Origin: Marinicella sp.
GTDB taxonomy: Bacteria > Pseudomonadota > Gammaproteobacteria > Xanthomonadales > Marinicellaceae
Direction: 5' to 3'
NCBI GenBank assembly: GCA_965230295.1
Contig: OZ246001.1
Span: 3,200,001 to 3,264,000 of the forward strand
Length of the DNA: 64,000 nt
The notes below the pieces were generated by a model. The model worked only from the letters and a program-made list of their open reading frames with translations. It ran no database searches and had not been told where the DNA came from. Shown here piece after piece: positions 19,356 through 28,900 of the stretch. The translations under genes and the position numbers were made by a program. The stretch's first letter is position 1. Every line of letters starts with the position of its first letter.

Positions 19356-20717
19356 TTATTCTTGCACACCCACCAGATTTACATTTGGCCCCATGTCTTG
19401 TCCATCATCACCGGCTAGGTGGCCTATTGAGCCTGGTAGCAGCTGATAATCTGTGATCTGATTCAATGCCGGGTTGGTGAATGTTGGGCTGCCACTGAGT
19501 GAATGGGCATCTTGCGAATGGTGAGTCTGCCATTGTGTTAAATCATAGGCTTGGTTGTTTTCAAAAATGTCGGCCACATAAAGGTTGTGATCCATGGTGC
19601 TTTCATGCGGTGTGGTATCCCATGGATGCAGATAAAATCGTGAGACAATGATGTTGTTGAATAAGCTGTTTTGATAGGCGCCTTGATCTGTGGCGCCATC
19701 TGAGCAACCGTCAAACCCCAAATCGTAGAAGTAATTATTGGTCAAGTGGTTGTAATCACCACCTTCACCCGTGGCTCCTGAACAATGGTTCAATGAGAAT
19801 GTGCCAGCTGATGCCGTGCTGATGTTGTTGTGAATGTGGGTGTATCGGGTGTTCAAACGAGCAGCTATGGAAACATCACGGATGTAGTTATTGGCAATCA
19901 CTGAACCTGTATTGCCGATCGATGGAAAATGATCGTGTTTATAATGTATACCGGTTCGGTGATTGGATATTTCGTTGTTCAATATCCTGACATGGCGATC
20001 ATGGGTGTAATAAATGCCGGCTGAATTCATTGATCCCAAGTTGGGCCCTGGGCCATCTATGCGGTTGTTTTGAACCACCGTATCCAGGCCAAACTGAAAT
20101 ACAGTCACACTGCCGGCATTGTCGTTGACAAAATGTGTGCCGGAAAACTGGTTGTTCTCAACCATGACCTTGATCACGTCTTCGGTGATGCGGTTTTCTC
20201 CCACATTAACGCCGATTTTACAGTCAAGAAACACCAGATTGCTGATGGTGATGTGGCTTTGGTCGATATAAAAACACTGGGCACCGGTGTCGCTGTTGAT
20301 GTCATACTGACCATCGATGGTGACTTGTTCACCCGGATAGGATCTGATGGTGATTCGATTCCAAGCATCAGGCTGTGGTGATTGAAAAGTATGTGACCGT
20401 CCGAATGCCATCACCATGTCATAATTACCATAAGCGCCTTCGGTGAACAAGAAAGTGTCGTTATAAACACCACCCATCAAATAGAGTATATCACCACCAC
20501 TTAACAGGTTTTGTGCCGTGCGTAAATCACATGGATCGGCATACTCACAACTGGCAGCCATTGATGCCCCGGGTGCCGCATAAAAACAATCATTTTTGGC
20601 AGCACAAACCACCGATTCAAAATCTGCCTTGTACACCATGTCACCGTAACTCACCAATGGATTGGTACTTGCACCAGCAGTCCAAAAAAGTAAACATAAA
20701 AGCACCCTTATCATCAT
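19356..20717 (-). CDS. Secreted right-handed parallel beta-helix protein with N-terminal DMVYKADFE tag
   Basis: CFYAAPG..GGDILYLMGGVY..ITIRSYPGEQVTIDG is a pectate-lyase-like cap, followed by Asn-ladder repeats (IxNN). The start is moved to ATG 20717, where a signal peptide begins. Confidence 0.85.
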   Translation of the reverse strand: MMIRVLLCLLFWTAGASTNPLVSYGDMVYKADFESVVCAAKNDCFYAAPGASMAASCEYADPCDLRTAQNLLSGGDILYLMGGVYNDTFLFTEGAYGNYDMVMAFGRSHTFQSPQPDAWNRITIRSYPGEQVTIDGQYDINSDTGAQCFYIDQSHITISNLVFLDCKIGVNVGENRITEDVIKVMVENNQFSGTHFVNDNAGSVTVFQFGLDTVVQNNRIDGPGPNLGSMNSAGIYYTHDRHVRILNNEISNHRTGIHYKHDHFPSIGNTGSVIANNYIRDVSIAARLNTRYTHIHNNISTASAGTFSLNHCSGATGEGGDYNHLTNNYFYDLGFDGCSDGATDQGAYQNSLFNNIIVSRFYLHPWDTTPHESTMDHNLYVADIFENNQAYDLTQWQTHHSQDAHSLSGSPTFTNPALNQITDYQLLPGSIGHLAGDDGQDMGPNVNLVGVQE

Positions 20718-20924
20718 ATCTGACTGAACTTCTAAAAAAGGATCAGTATCCAATAAGAGTGAACTGCTGTTTGTGACCCAAATCAAACTAAATAAAATAA
20801 GTTATCCGAAATCGTGCGCCTCGGTCGACAACAGGTGATAAAGCTGTGGCTTTAATTGGTGTTTTTTATCACTTTTAGAGTGAAGTGCCATTACAATGGT
20901 TTTTATTTTTTTTAAAAGAGATTT

Positions 20925-22109
20925 ATGCTGGAAACACCTTTCAAATCCAAGTTACCACATGTAGGCACCAGTATTTTTACTGAGATGTCACTGATGGCTG
21001 CACAGTACGGGGCGATCAATTTATCACAAGGGTTTCCTGAGTTCGACGCGCCTGAATTTCTGAAATCGGCAATCAGTCAAGCCATTGCTGAAGGTAAGAA
21101 TCAATATTGTCAGTCATCAGGCTTACCCGATTTATTGTTACAAATTGGTGCTCTGGTGGATCGGTGTTACCGGTCAAGCTCAGATCAGCAGTTGGATGCG
21201 ATGAACACCGTTACGGTGACTTCGGGTGCCACTGAAGCTTTGTGGGTGGCTTTCCAGTCTGTGGTCCGCCCAGGTGATGAAGTCATCATATTTGATCCAG
21301 CCTATGATTCTTATGAACCAGCGGTTGAATTGGCGGGTGGTCGATGTCGACACATTGCCATGACGGCACCAGATTATGCGATTGACTGGTCTCAGGTGGC
21401 CCAAACCATCAATGACAAAACACGGGCCATCGTGATCAACAGCCCACATAATCCGACCGGGACATTATTGGGTGCTGATGACATGGAAGCTTTGCAGGCG
21501 CTGGTGTTAAAACATGATCTTTATGTGATCAGTGATGAAGTGTATGAGCACATCACGTTCGATGGAGCGCGCCATGAAAGTGTGTTGGCCTATCCGGATT
21601 TGTTTGAGCGGGCCTTTGTGATTTCCAGTTTTGGCAAGACATTTCATTGTACCGGATGGAAGATGGGCTATTGTGTGGCGCCAAAGCATTTAACGGCTGA
21701 GTTCAGGAAGGTTCACCAGTATGTGACATTTTGTTCATTCACACCGGCTCAATTTGCCATCGCTACCATGTTGAAAACCCATCCTGAACACATCGGTGAA
21801 TTGGGCGGTTTCTACCAGCAAAAAAGGGATGTATTGGTTGAAGCATTAAAACCCTCACGATTTAAAGTTTTGCCCGCCAAAGGAACTTACTTTGTTTTAT
21901 TGGACTATTCTGAAATTTCCGATAAGACCGATGTTGAGTTTTGTCATTGGCTGACCCAGGAAGTGGGGGTGGCCGCGATTCCACTCAGCCCGTTTTATCA
22001 GGCTGACATTCTGGATGCCTATCATCAGGAAAACAAGGTGGTGCGTTTGTGCTTTGCCAAACAGGATGAAACTTTATTAAAAGCAGCAGAGATACTATGT
22101 CAACTCTAA
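20925..22109 (+). CDS. ybdL: PLP-dependent methionine aminotransferase (class I/II)
   Basis: SKLPHVGTSIF, AINLSQGFP, NSPHNPTG, SDEVYEH and SFGKTFHCTGWKMGY (PLP lysine). Confidence 0.92.
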   Translation: MLETPFKSKLPHVGTSIFTEMSLMAAQYGAINLSQGFPEFDAPEFLKSAISQAIAEGKNQYCQSSGLPDLLLQIGALVDRCYRSSSDQQLDAMNTVTVTSGATEALWVAFQSVVRPGDEVIIFDPAYDSYEPAVELAGGRCRHIAMTAPDYAIDWSQVAQTINDKTRAIVINSPHNPTGTLLGADDMEALQALVLKHDLYVISDEVYEHITFDGARHESVLAYPDLFERAFVISSFGKTFHCTGWKMGYCVAPKHLTAEFRKVHQYVTFCSFTPAQFAIATMLKTHPEHIGELGGFYQQKRDVLVEALKPSRFKVLPAKGTYFVLLDYSEISDKTDVEFCHWLTQEVGVAAIPLSPFYQADILDAYHQENKVVRLCFAKQDETLLKAAEILCQL

Positions 22110-22888
22110 CCATAGCAGCCATACAGTACGACATCCAGTGGTTAGCAAGACAGGCCAATCTTGCCAAGCTGGAAACCATGATTGAACAATTCTTTTCATC
22201 ACATGATGCGGTGGATCTGTTGCTGTTACCGGAAACTTTTTCGACCGGTTTCTGCACCACTGATCCGGCTGTCAGCGAGCCAGAGTATGGTGGTGGTGAT
22301 TTGCTTTGGCTTAAGCAAATGGCTCAAAAGTATAACTGTGTGGTGGCGGGCAGTGTTTTTGTGAAGCAGGATGACAAAAAAGCCAACCGATTTTATTGGG
22401 CTGGACCGGATGGTGTGGTGGCTTATTACGACAAAAGACATTTGTTTCGATTGGGCAATGAAGGAGATTATGTGGTTCAGGGTAAGGACAGGAAAGTTTT
22501 TAACATCAAAGGGGTAAATATATTACCTCAGGTGTGTTATGACCTGCGTTTTCCGGTCTTCTCAAGGAACAGGCAAGATTATGACTTGATGATCAATGTG
22601 GCCAATTGGCCAGCCGCCAGGCGCCATGTTTGGGACACATTGCTCAAAGCTCGGGCGATGGAAAACCAAGCCTATGTGGTGGGTGTGAATCGGGTTGGTG
22701 AAGACGGCCACGGGGTTGCGCATTCCGGGGGCACATGTGTGCTGGATTATGCTGGTGAACCATTGCTTACAGCTGAGGATGATACTGAACAGGTGATCAG
22801 CTTGGCATTGGATTTTTCAGCATTAGATAAATTCAAGGAAGATTTTCCTGCCTATTTGGATGCAGATGATTTTAATCTTGTTCAGTAA
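22097..22888 (+). CDS. yafV: Omega-amidase / carbon-nitrogen hydrolase
   Basis: Glu-Lys-Cys triad in LPETFSTGF, YDKRHLF and VCYDLRFP, plus ARAMENQ. It overlaps ybdL. Confidence 0.9.
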   Translation: MSTLTIAAIQYDIQWLARQANLAKLETMIEQFFSSHDAVDLLLLPETFSTGFCTTDPAVSEPEYGGGDLLWLKQMAQKYNCVVAGSVFVKQDDKKANRFYWAGPDGVVAYYDKRHLFRLGNEGDYVVQGKDRKVFNIKGVNILPQVCYDLRFPVFSRNRQDYDLMINVANWPAARRHVWDTLLKARAMENQAYVVGVNRVGEDGHGVAHSGGTCVLDYAGEPLLTAEDDTEQVISLALDFSALDKFKEDFPAYLDADDFNLVQ

Positions 22889-22889
22889 T

Positions 22890-23158
22890 AAGGAATGTTC
22901 TTGGGGCTCCATTCACTTTTGTTCTAGACAAAAGTGAAAGCGACCACGACGAACATGGCATGGTACCTCGCGCTCTTCGCCTCTGATTGGCCTACATGGA
23001 TGTAGGTCTGCCGCGATAGCTAGGAGCGATAGCGGCCGCTATAACAAAAGCTCACGGCTAATCAATCATTACATCAAGGCTTCTTTGCTTTGCAAAATCG
23101 CCAAGATTGCATGATTTGCCTAACCGGCTCGGCGGGTCAAGCTGCTCAACAGCTTTCC
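22890..23158 (+). mobile_element. Modular intergenic element, copy C (269 bp)
   Basis: Same termini as copy A, with inserts at 22989-23036 and 23056-23120. It starts one base after the yafV stop codon. Confidence 0.8.
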
Positions 23159-23201
23159 TGAGACCGGACATTTAAACCAACCATGAAATACCATTAATTT
23201 T

Positions 23202-23231
23202 ATAGCCAGCTCTGTGAATTGAGCTGGCTAT
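23202..23231. terminator. Hairpin between convergent genes, probable terminator
   Basis: ATAGCCAGCTC-N8-GAGCTGGCTAT. Confidence 0.6.
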
Positions 23232-23277
23232 TTCTGTGGCAATCATCTTTGCTGGATGGGCCGAGCTGCACCCTTAA

Positions 23278-25377
23278 TCAGTCAAACCCGTTGGTAAAAA
23301 TTGTGTCATTACAGTTGGCAATGCAGGTTACGTTGAATTCATAATATTCACCATTGGCATAGTCGTCATTGAACTGACGAATGCGAACGTCGTACCGTCC
23401 TGTTTCGGTGACTGTCCAATCGATCTGTGAGGCACGACCCGTCCCGCCATCATCATCAAAAGCCAATTCTGCTCCACATTCCTTTTGTAGGGACATGGTG
23501 GTGTCAGCACCTCCATTTAAATTGGATGTTTCAATCCGATAAGTGGCACCGGCCTGGCCATTAAAGTGAACCCAATCGGCATCACAATGTAGGTGGGCTT
23601 GGGTGAAACCCAAATGGATTTGTGAACCAGAACAAAAGTCATCAGTGCCACCAGAACCCATGTTTTCCCAGCCATCATCTGCACAGGTTTGAACCCCTTG
23701 AACAGTAATGACGCGATCCAACCAGGATGAATTGTTGTTCAATACAGTATCAACAGATGAGTTGATGTTGGCCGCCAGGTAGTAATTACCTGCTGGCAAA
23801 TTAGTTGGTATGGTGACAGGGATGTTATCCAGGTGGAAATAGCTGTCTGGATTCATGTTGCCACTGACGGTACTGCCAATGAATGTGGCACCGATCCAAT
23901 CATTGATGTTGTGCGTCAAGTACCAGTTTATGGTGGTACTGGCTTGGGCGGTGCCGGAATTTTCTAAGACAAAATCAGATACTTCAAAGGTGTCTCCAAC
24001 AGTCAGGTTGGTGCTGCTTAAAGTGGCATCGTCATAATTTTGGAAGCCGGGTGAATGAAACAAAGAAATGCTGAAATCAGTTTGCGACACTGCTGTACCT
24101 GGAAATGCATTTCTGACTGCCATCACATCATCACCATATAATACGGTATAAGCACGGTATTTTTTCGGTGCGTAGTTCATCACCGATAATTCTTCGAATT
24201 GATGGTTCAAGCCCCAAGCATGACCCAGTTCATGTAATAAAGTGCGGTTGGCATTGTATAAGCCGTTGTTAGAGTAGGTGGCATAATCATCAACACTCCA
24301 ATTAAATGCCGGGTTGACTGCTATATCTGCCTCAATACTTAAACCGGTACCATCCCATCGCAACCAACAGATGGCCAAAGTGTTAGCCCCCCAACCCTGG
24401 CCGAATTGGTCAATCATGGTTTGGTTATTAACGAAGCCGGCGATGTCATAAACATTGTTCTGCCATGCCCAAGTTGAAGGCGGATTGACATGGACCTGGA
24501 AGATGTCTGAATAATCATTCCAATAAGACATTTGGTACTCATCATGCAAGCCCAAAAGGCCTCCGGGACCCAGTTGGTTGTATACAATTGGAGTGAATTT
24601 GGCTGGGTGGTCGTAGGACCAGCGATTGCTTAATTGTTCAGGTAAATGGGTATCTAAAGTTGTCGATTGCATTGCCATACTGTCCACAGGGCCCATATTG
24701 GCCGATGGTTTCATTGAGTGATGCTCGTGGTTTGCATGAGGGCGTGTTGTATTGACTGATGCCGATAAGTTTTTGACAAAATCACTGTCATAAGATTTAA
24801 CAGGCAGGTCTTTGATGACATGTTTTTCCGCACCGGGTGATAATTTTCTGGATGGCAATGCTTTGCTTTTGGCCAGAGGAATTTCTTGCTTGATTTGTTC
24901 AACAAATTCATCAAAGCTGATCGTTGAATGACCAGCTTTGATCACTTCACCTAAACCGCCGATAACCGATGCCTTGTTTTCACTGGCGCTGAATTTTCCC
25001 TGATATAAGCCAGTCACTGGGCTTATCAACGGTTTAATCGGGCTTTCAAGCATCAACAACACTTCTTCATCAACCGCAAATTCTGGTACATCGCTCAGCG
25101 ATTGGCCTTCTTCTGGTAACTGCCCGCCCGCAAAAGTCAAAGTCAATTCATCGGCATAGTATTGACCAAATAAAACTTCATCTATGGAGAATTCATAATC
25201 TGTAACGATTAAGTTGCCTTGTGTGTTCCATCGAGATTTCTTAGACCTGACTTCACCAACAAAAATCATTTCTGATCTTTGAATCACTTCTTCTCTTTCC
25301 ATTTGAACGACTGCAGCTTGAATCACCTGTATGTTGATCAGAAATGCGCCTATTAATATGTATATAAATTTTTTCAT
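23278..25377 (-). CDS. Secreted metzincin (matrixin-like) metalloprotease with CARDB/PPC-like domains and DTIFTNGFD tag
   Basis: HELGHAWGLNH zinc motif with SVM Met-turn, PPC-like DDDGG..ASQI segment, and signal peptide. Confidence 0.9.
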   Translation of the reverse strand: MKKFIYILIGAFLINIQVIQAAVVQMEREEVIQRSEMIFVGEVRSKKSRWNTQGNLIVTDYEFSIDEVLFGQYYADELTLTFAGGQLPEEGQSLSDVPEFAVDEEVLLMLESPIKPLISPVTGLYQGKFSASENKASVIGGLGEVIKAGHSTISFDEFVEQIKQEIPLAKSKALPSRKLSPGAEKHVIKDLPVKSYDSDFVKNLSASVNTTRPHANHEHHSMKPSANMGPVDSMAMQSTTLDTHLPEQLSNRWSYDHPAKFTPIVYNQLGPGGLLGLHDEYQMSYWNDYSDIFQVHVNPPSTWAWQNNVYDIAGFVNNQTMIDQFGQGWGANTLAICWLRWDGTGLSIEADIAVNPAFNWSVDDYATYSNNGLYNANRTLLHELGHAWGLNHQFEELSVMNYAPKKYRAYTVLYGDDVMAVRNAFPGTAVSQTDFSISLFHSPGFQNYDDATLSSTNLTVGDTFEVSDFVLENSGTAQASTTINWYLTHNINDWIGATFIGSTVSGNMNPDSYFHLDNIPVTIPTNLPAGNYYLAANINSSVDTVLNNNSSWLDRVITVQGVQTCADDGWENMGSGGTDDFCSGSQIHLGFTQAHLHCDADWVHFNGQAGATYRIETSNLNGGADTTMSLQKECGAELAFDDDGGTGRASQIDWTVTETGRYDVRIRQFNDDYANGEYYEFNVTCIANCNDTIFTNGFD

Positions 25378-25920
25378 GTTGTACTCTCGATAGCGTTATT
25401 TACTTGCGTTTGTTGACCGCCTTGTGATTAATCATGCGCTTTGAAATAAGAATGTGCGCCGGTTAATTTGAGCAATAAAGCAAATCATGAATCAGTTCAC
25501 GTTTTGCTTAATGTTTGATTAATATTCGGTTTGTTTAAGGGTGATTGGCGGATTTATTTCTGGTTTGGTTAATCTACAAAATGACCGTAAATTACGTTCT
25601 CTTGATATATGTCTACGTGTTGATTTATTGGTGAATTTGATCATCAAAATCAGTCTTGAAGAAATTATTGTTGGTGTGGGTATTGAACTGATCACCCGTT
25701 CTCCCATGTCCGATATAAACAGCAGCAACTTGTAACCACAGGCCATCAACTTAACTTCTGAGGACACAGCGGCAAACCACATTTAACCAACACTTGATTA
25801 TAAATGACCATCCCATGCGTTCTCGGGACCAAGGTTTGTACTTTGCCGCCAACCCCTTGTTTTCATTGAGTTTCCTTTCAACAATGAAATTCGATTTCAA
25901 AGTTCATTTAAGAGGGTTGT

Positions 25921-28900
25921 ATGAAAAACGTCAAAGTTATTAATCATGGTATCAAGTTCAACAGTGATCGACACAACGGATTAAAGTTGCCTGTATTTCT
26001 GTGGTTACTGACCGTTCTCTGGTTGCCATTGGCTGCTGCCAAAGACATGCCTGGGGCGTCACCCACGTCTTATGCAGTTTCACCATCAGGTGCCTTTCAA
26101 TATTCAATTCCTTTGCTGATGCCAACTGGACGAAACGGCGTTCAGCCTCAGTTGAGTTTGAATTTTTCCAGTGACCGCGGCAATGGCTTGCTGGGAGTGG
26201 GCTGGGGCCTTTCAGGGCTGTCTGCCATCACCCGTTGTGGTCAGACTTTTGTCACCAATGGCAGAAAAAGGGGTGTTTGGCACAACAACAACGATCGATT
26301 TTGTATGAATGGCAGCCAACTCATTTTGGTCAGTGGTACTTATGGTGCAAATGGTTCAACCTATCGCACAGAATTGGACACTTTTGCCAAGATTGAAGCG
26401 ATGGGTAATGGTTCAGTGAATCATAACGGAGGTCGTGCGCCTTCTGGGTGGAAGGTTTGGTCCAAAGACGGCAAAGTCTTTTACTATGGCACGGTTGATC
26501 CGGGCCAGTCGAATTCTGCGCAGAACCGATTGCCGGGGACCAACAGCATCCACCGTTGGAATTTGGCTCGAATGGAAGATCGCAGCGGAAACTATTACGA
26601 GGTTCATTACTACAGTGGCAATGGAAGACCCAATAAAATTCTCTACACCCTGAAAAATGGCATTTCAACTGGCCAGGAAATCAAATTCAATTACCAATCA
26701 ACCCGGCCTGATCCGCGTCACGTGTATGTAGCCGGTAAGCGCATAGACCATACCCAAAGACTCAAGAACATCAATATCAAGAACGCGGGCCAGGCTTTTC
26801 GGCAGTATCACATGGTTTATGAACAAGCACCGGTAACAGGTCGTTCGCGATTAACTGCCATTCGTGAATGTGGTGTTAATGGTTCAACATGCTTTCCCGA
26901 CATCAAAATAAAGTGGCAGGCCAACCAGGCCGGATACCGCAATGCCACAGCTGCGGAAGACAAAGCGCCCGATAACATGATTGCCTACTACACATACACC
27001 AAACACTTGGGTGGTGGTCAAGTTGAACACAACAGCGTCAAAGAAATCAATCGTGGTGAATGGGTGGACCTGAATGGCGATGGAGAGGCTGACCAGGTTA
27101 TTGCTTATGTGGCGCCAGGCGGCAATTATGTGCGTAAAGTATATCTGCGTGATCACAGTCGACCCAGTGGATGGAGTACTGATCAAGGCCGATGGCATTT
27201 ACCCAAACCATTGCGCAGCTACACCAATGCTGTGGTCAACACCACCACAGCACGATTTGGTTCAGGAGTGATCAATATGGGCCAGTTTGCTGATGTCAAC
27301 GGCGACGGGCTGGTGGACATCGTGTATTCATACCGTTTGGATCGGGCGCGACAGCAATATGCAGACCCCAACAACCCCATCAGTCAAATCGAGGATTTCC
27401 GGCATACGTACCTCAATACTGGTAATGGCTGGCAATTAAGTGCGGTCTGGAAGCCCAAAGACCTGCTGTACGATTATGTATCCAACGGGGCCGGTTATTA
27501 TCGGGTAGAAACCGTCCGTGGGCGCTTGCTGGATATCAATGGTGATGGGCTGGTTGATTGGGTGCGTGCGTATTTTGATTACATCGCGAACAACACCGGA
27601 CGGCCATTCAGGAACACCTGGATCAATGACGGTTCGGGTTGGAACCACCATGTTGGTTATAAATTGCCTGATGTGTTTGCTCACTATCGAGGCATCTATT
27701 CGATTCCACATGGGCAATTTGTTGATGTCAATGGAGATGGTTTGCCTGATTGGGTGCAGTCGTATCATGCCAGTACAGAAACACCGCAACGCAAAACATG
27801 GGTGAATACCGGCAGTGGCTGGTCCAGACAAAGTCGCTTTGACTTACCCGATTTGATGTATGACAACCTGGGTGGCTGGAACGACGTCACTCCCAATAAA
27901 CGCGGTAGCTTTGTTGACATCAATGGAGATGGTTTGCGGGATTGGGTTGAATCTTATGAAACCGGAGGTGGCTTTCAACGCCGAGGTATTCGACTGAACA
28001 CTGGTAATGGTTGGGGTGGACGCAATGTTGGTTTTGCAGCACCGCCATTCGCCCATGTCAATTTCAGGTATTCAAACTTTGGTCATGGCTACCCGATCAA
28101 CAAACGAGGTGAGTATTTGGACTTGAATGGCGATGGATTGATGGATTATGTCGAATCATACAAATCTTCGGCAACAGGTTTCCCGACATCTCGCAAAGCC
28201 TACATCAACGTGGGTAATCGATGGCAATTACAAGCGGCCAACAGCGTCTATACACCCAGGGTTTTGTACTATGACTACAGTGGGCGCAGGAATGCCAAGT
28301 CCAAAATTGGCCAGTTTGTCGATATCAATGCGGACGGTTCTGCTGATTGGGTGGCTTCACGTTCTGACATCACCAATTATTCACGCCTAAAAAGGCAACA
28401 CGTGATGGATCAAGTGGCTTCGATCACATCCACAATGGGTGTTGAAGTGAAACCCACATTGCTGCCACTGACTCACAATGACATCATCTATCAGAAGCGA
28501 CCCAATCAGATGGCCAATGGACAGCCAGCACCGCTGACCAATCATGCCCGTTTTGTTGAATCGCCGATGTATGTGACCTCAAAACTATTGACTTCAAGGC
28601 CAGACAGCAACACCGAATACAACACCACCAAGTATCGCTATGGTGGCTTACAAGTACACCGCCTGGGGCGTGGGGCATTGGGCTTTTTCAGATTCGAAAC
28701 CATTGATTCATTGGGTGTTTCAACGGTTCAGGAATTCAAACAAGTGTTCCCATTGGCAGGGCAGGTCAAGCAGGTCAGACAGCGTAAATCCGGGCGAATA
28801 TTATCGGATCAGAAGAACAATTATAAGGTAGAGGCTACTGATCGCAAGCTTGGTAAAACCTACTTTGCCGCACTGCAGCAAACCACCCGTGATGACAATG

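Noticed and set aside
19155-19446. Short ORFs over repeat copy B, and 60823..61017 over copy E
   Set aside because: Near-identical DNA gives ORFs on different strands and frames, so they are non-coding.
20835-20872. GTGATAAA..TTTATCAC inverted repeat upstream of ybdL
   Set aside because: Arms of 8 bp in AT-rich DNA with a long spacer, seen only once, which is insufficient support.
25378-25920. Long leader before the RHS gene, with GCGGCAAA (25769) / TTTGCCGC (25842) complementarity, as a riboswitch; also ORFs 25519..25782 and 25541..25735
   Set aside because: Only an 8-bp match, and I could not find the conserved c-di-GMP-I or other riboswitch core. The ORFs lack recognisable features.
27055-28360. 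DxNGDG repeats as a DNA-level tandem array or diversity-generating target
   Set aside because: They are protein-level FG-GAP blades with diverged codons. There is no template/variable repeat pair and no RT.
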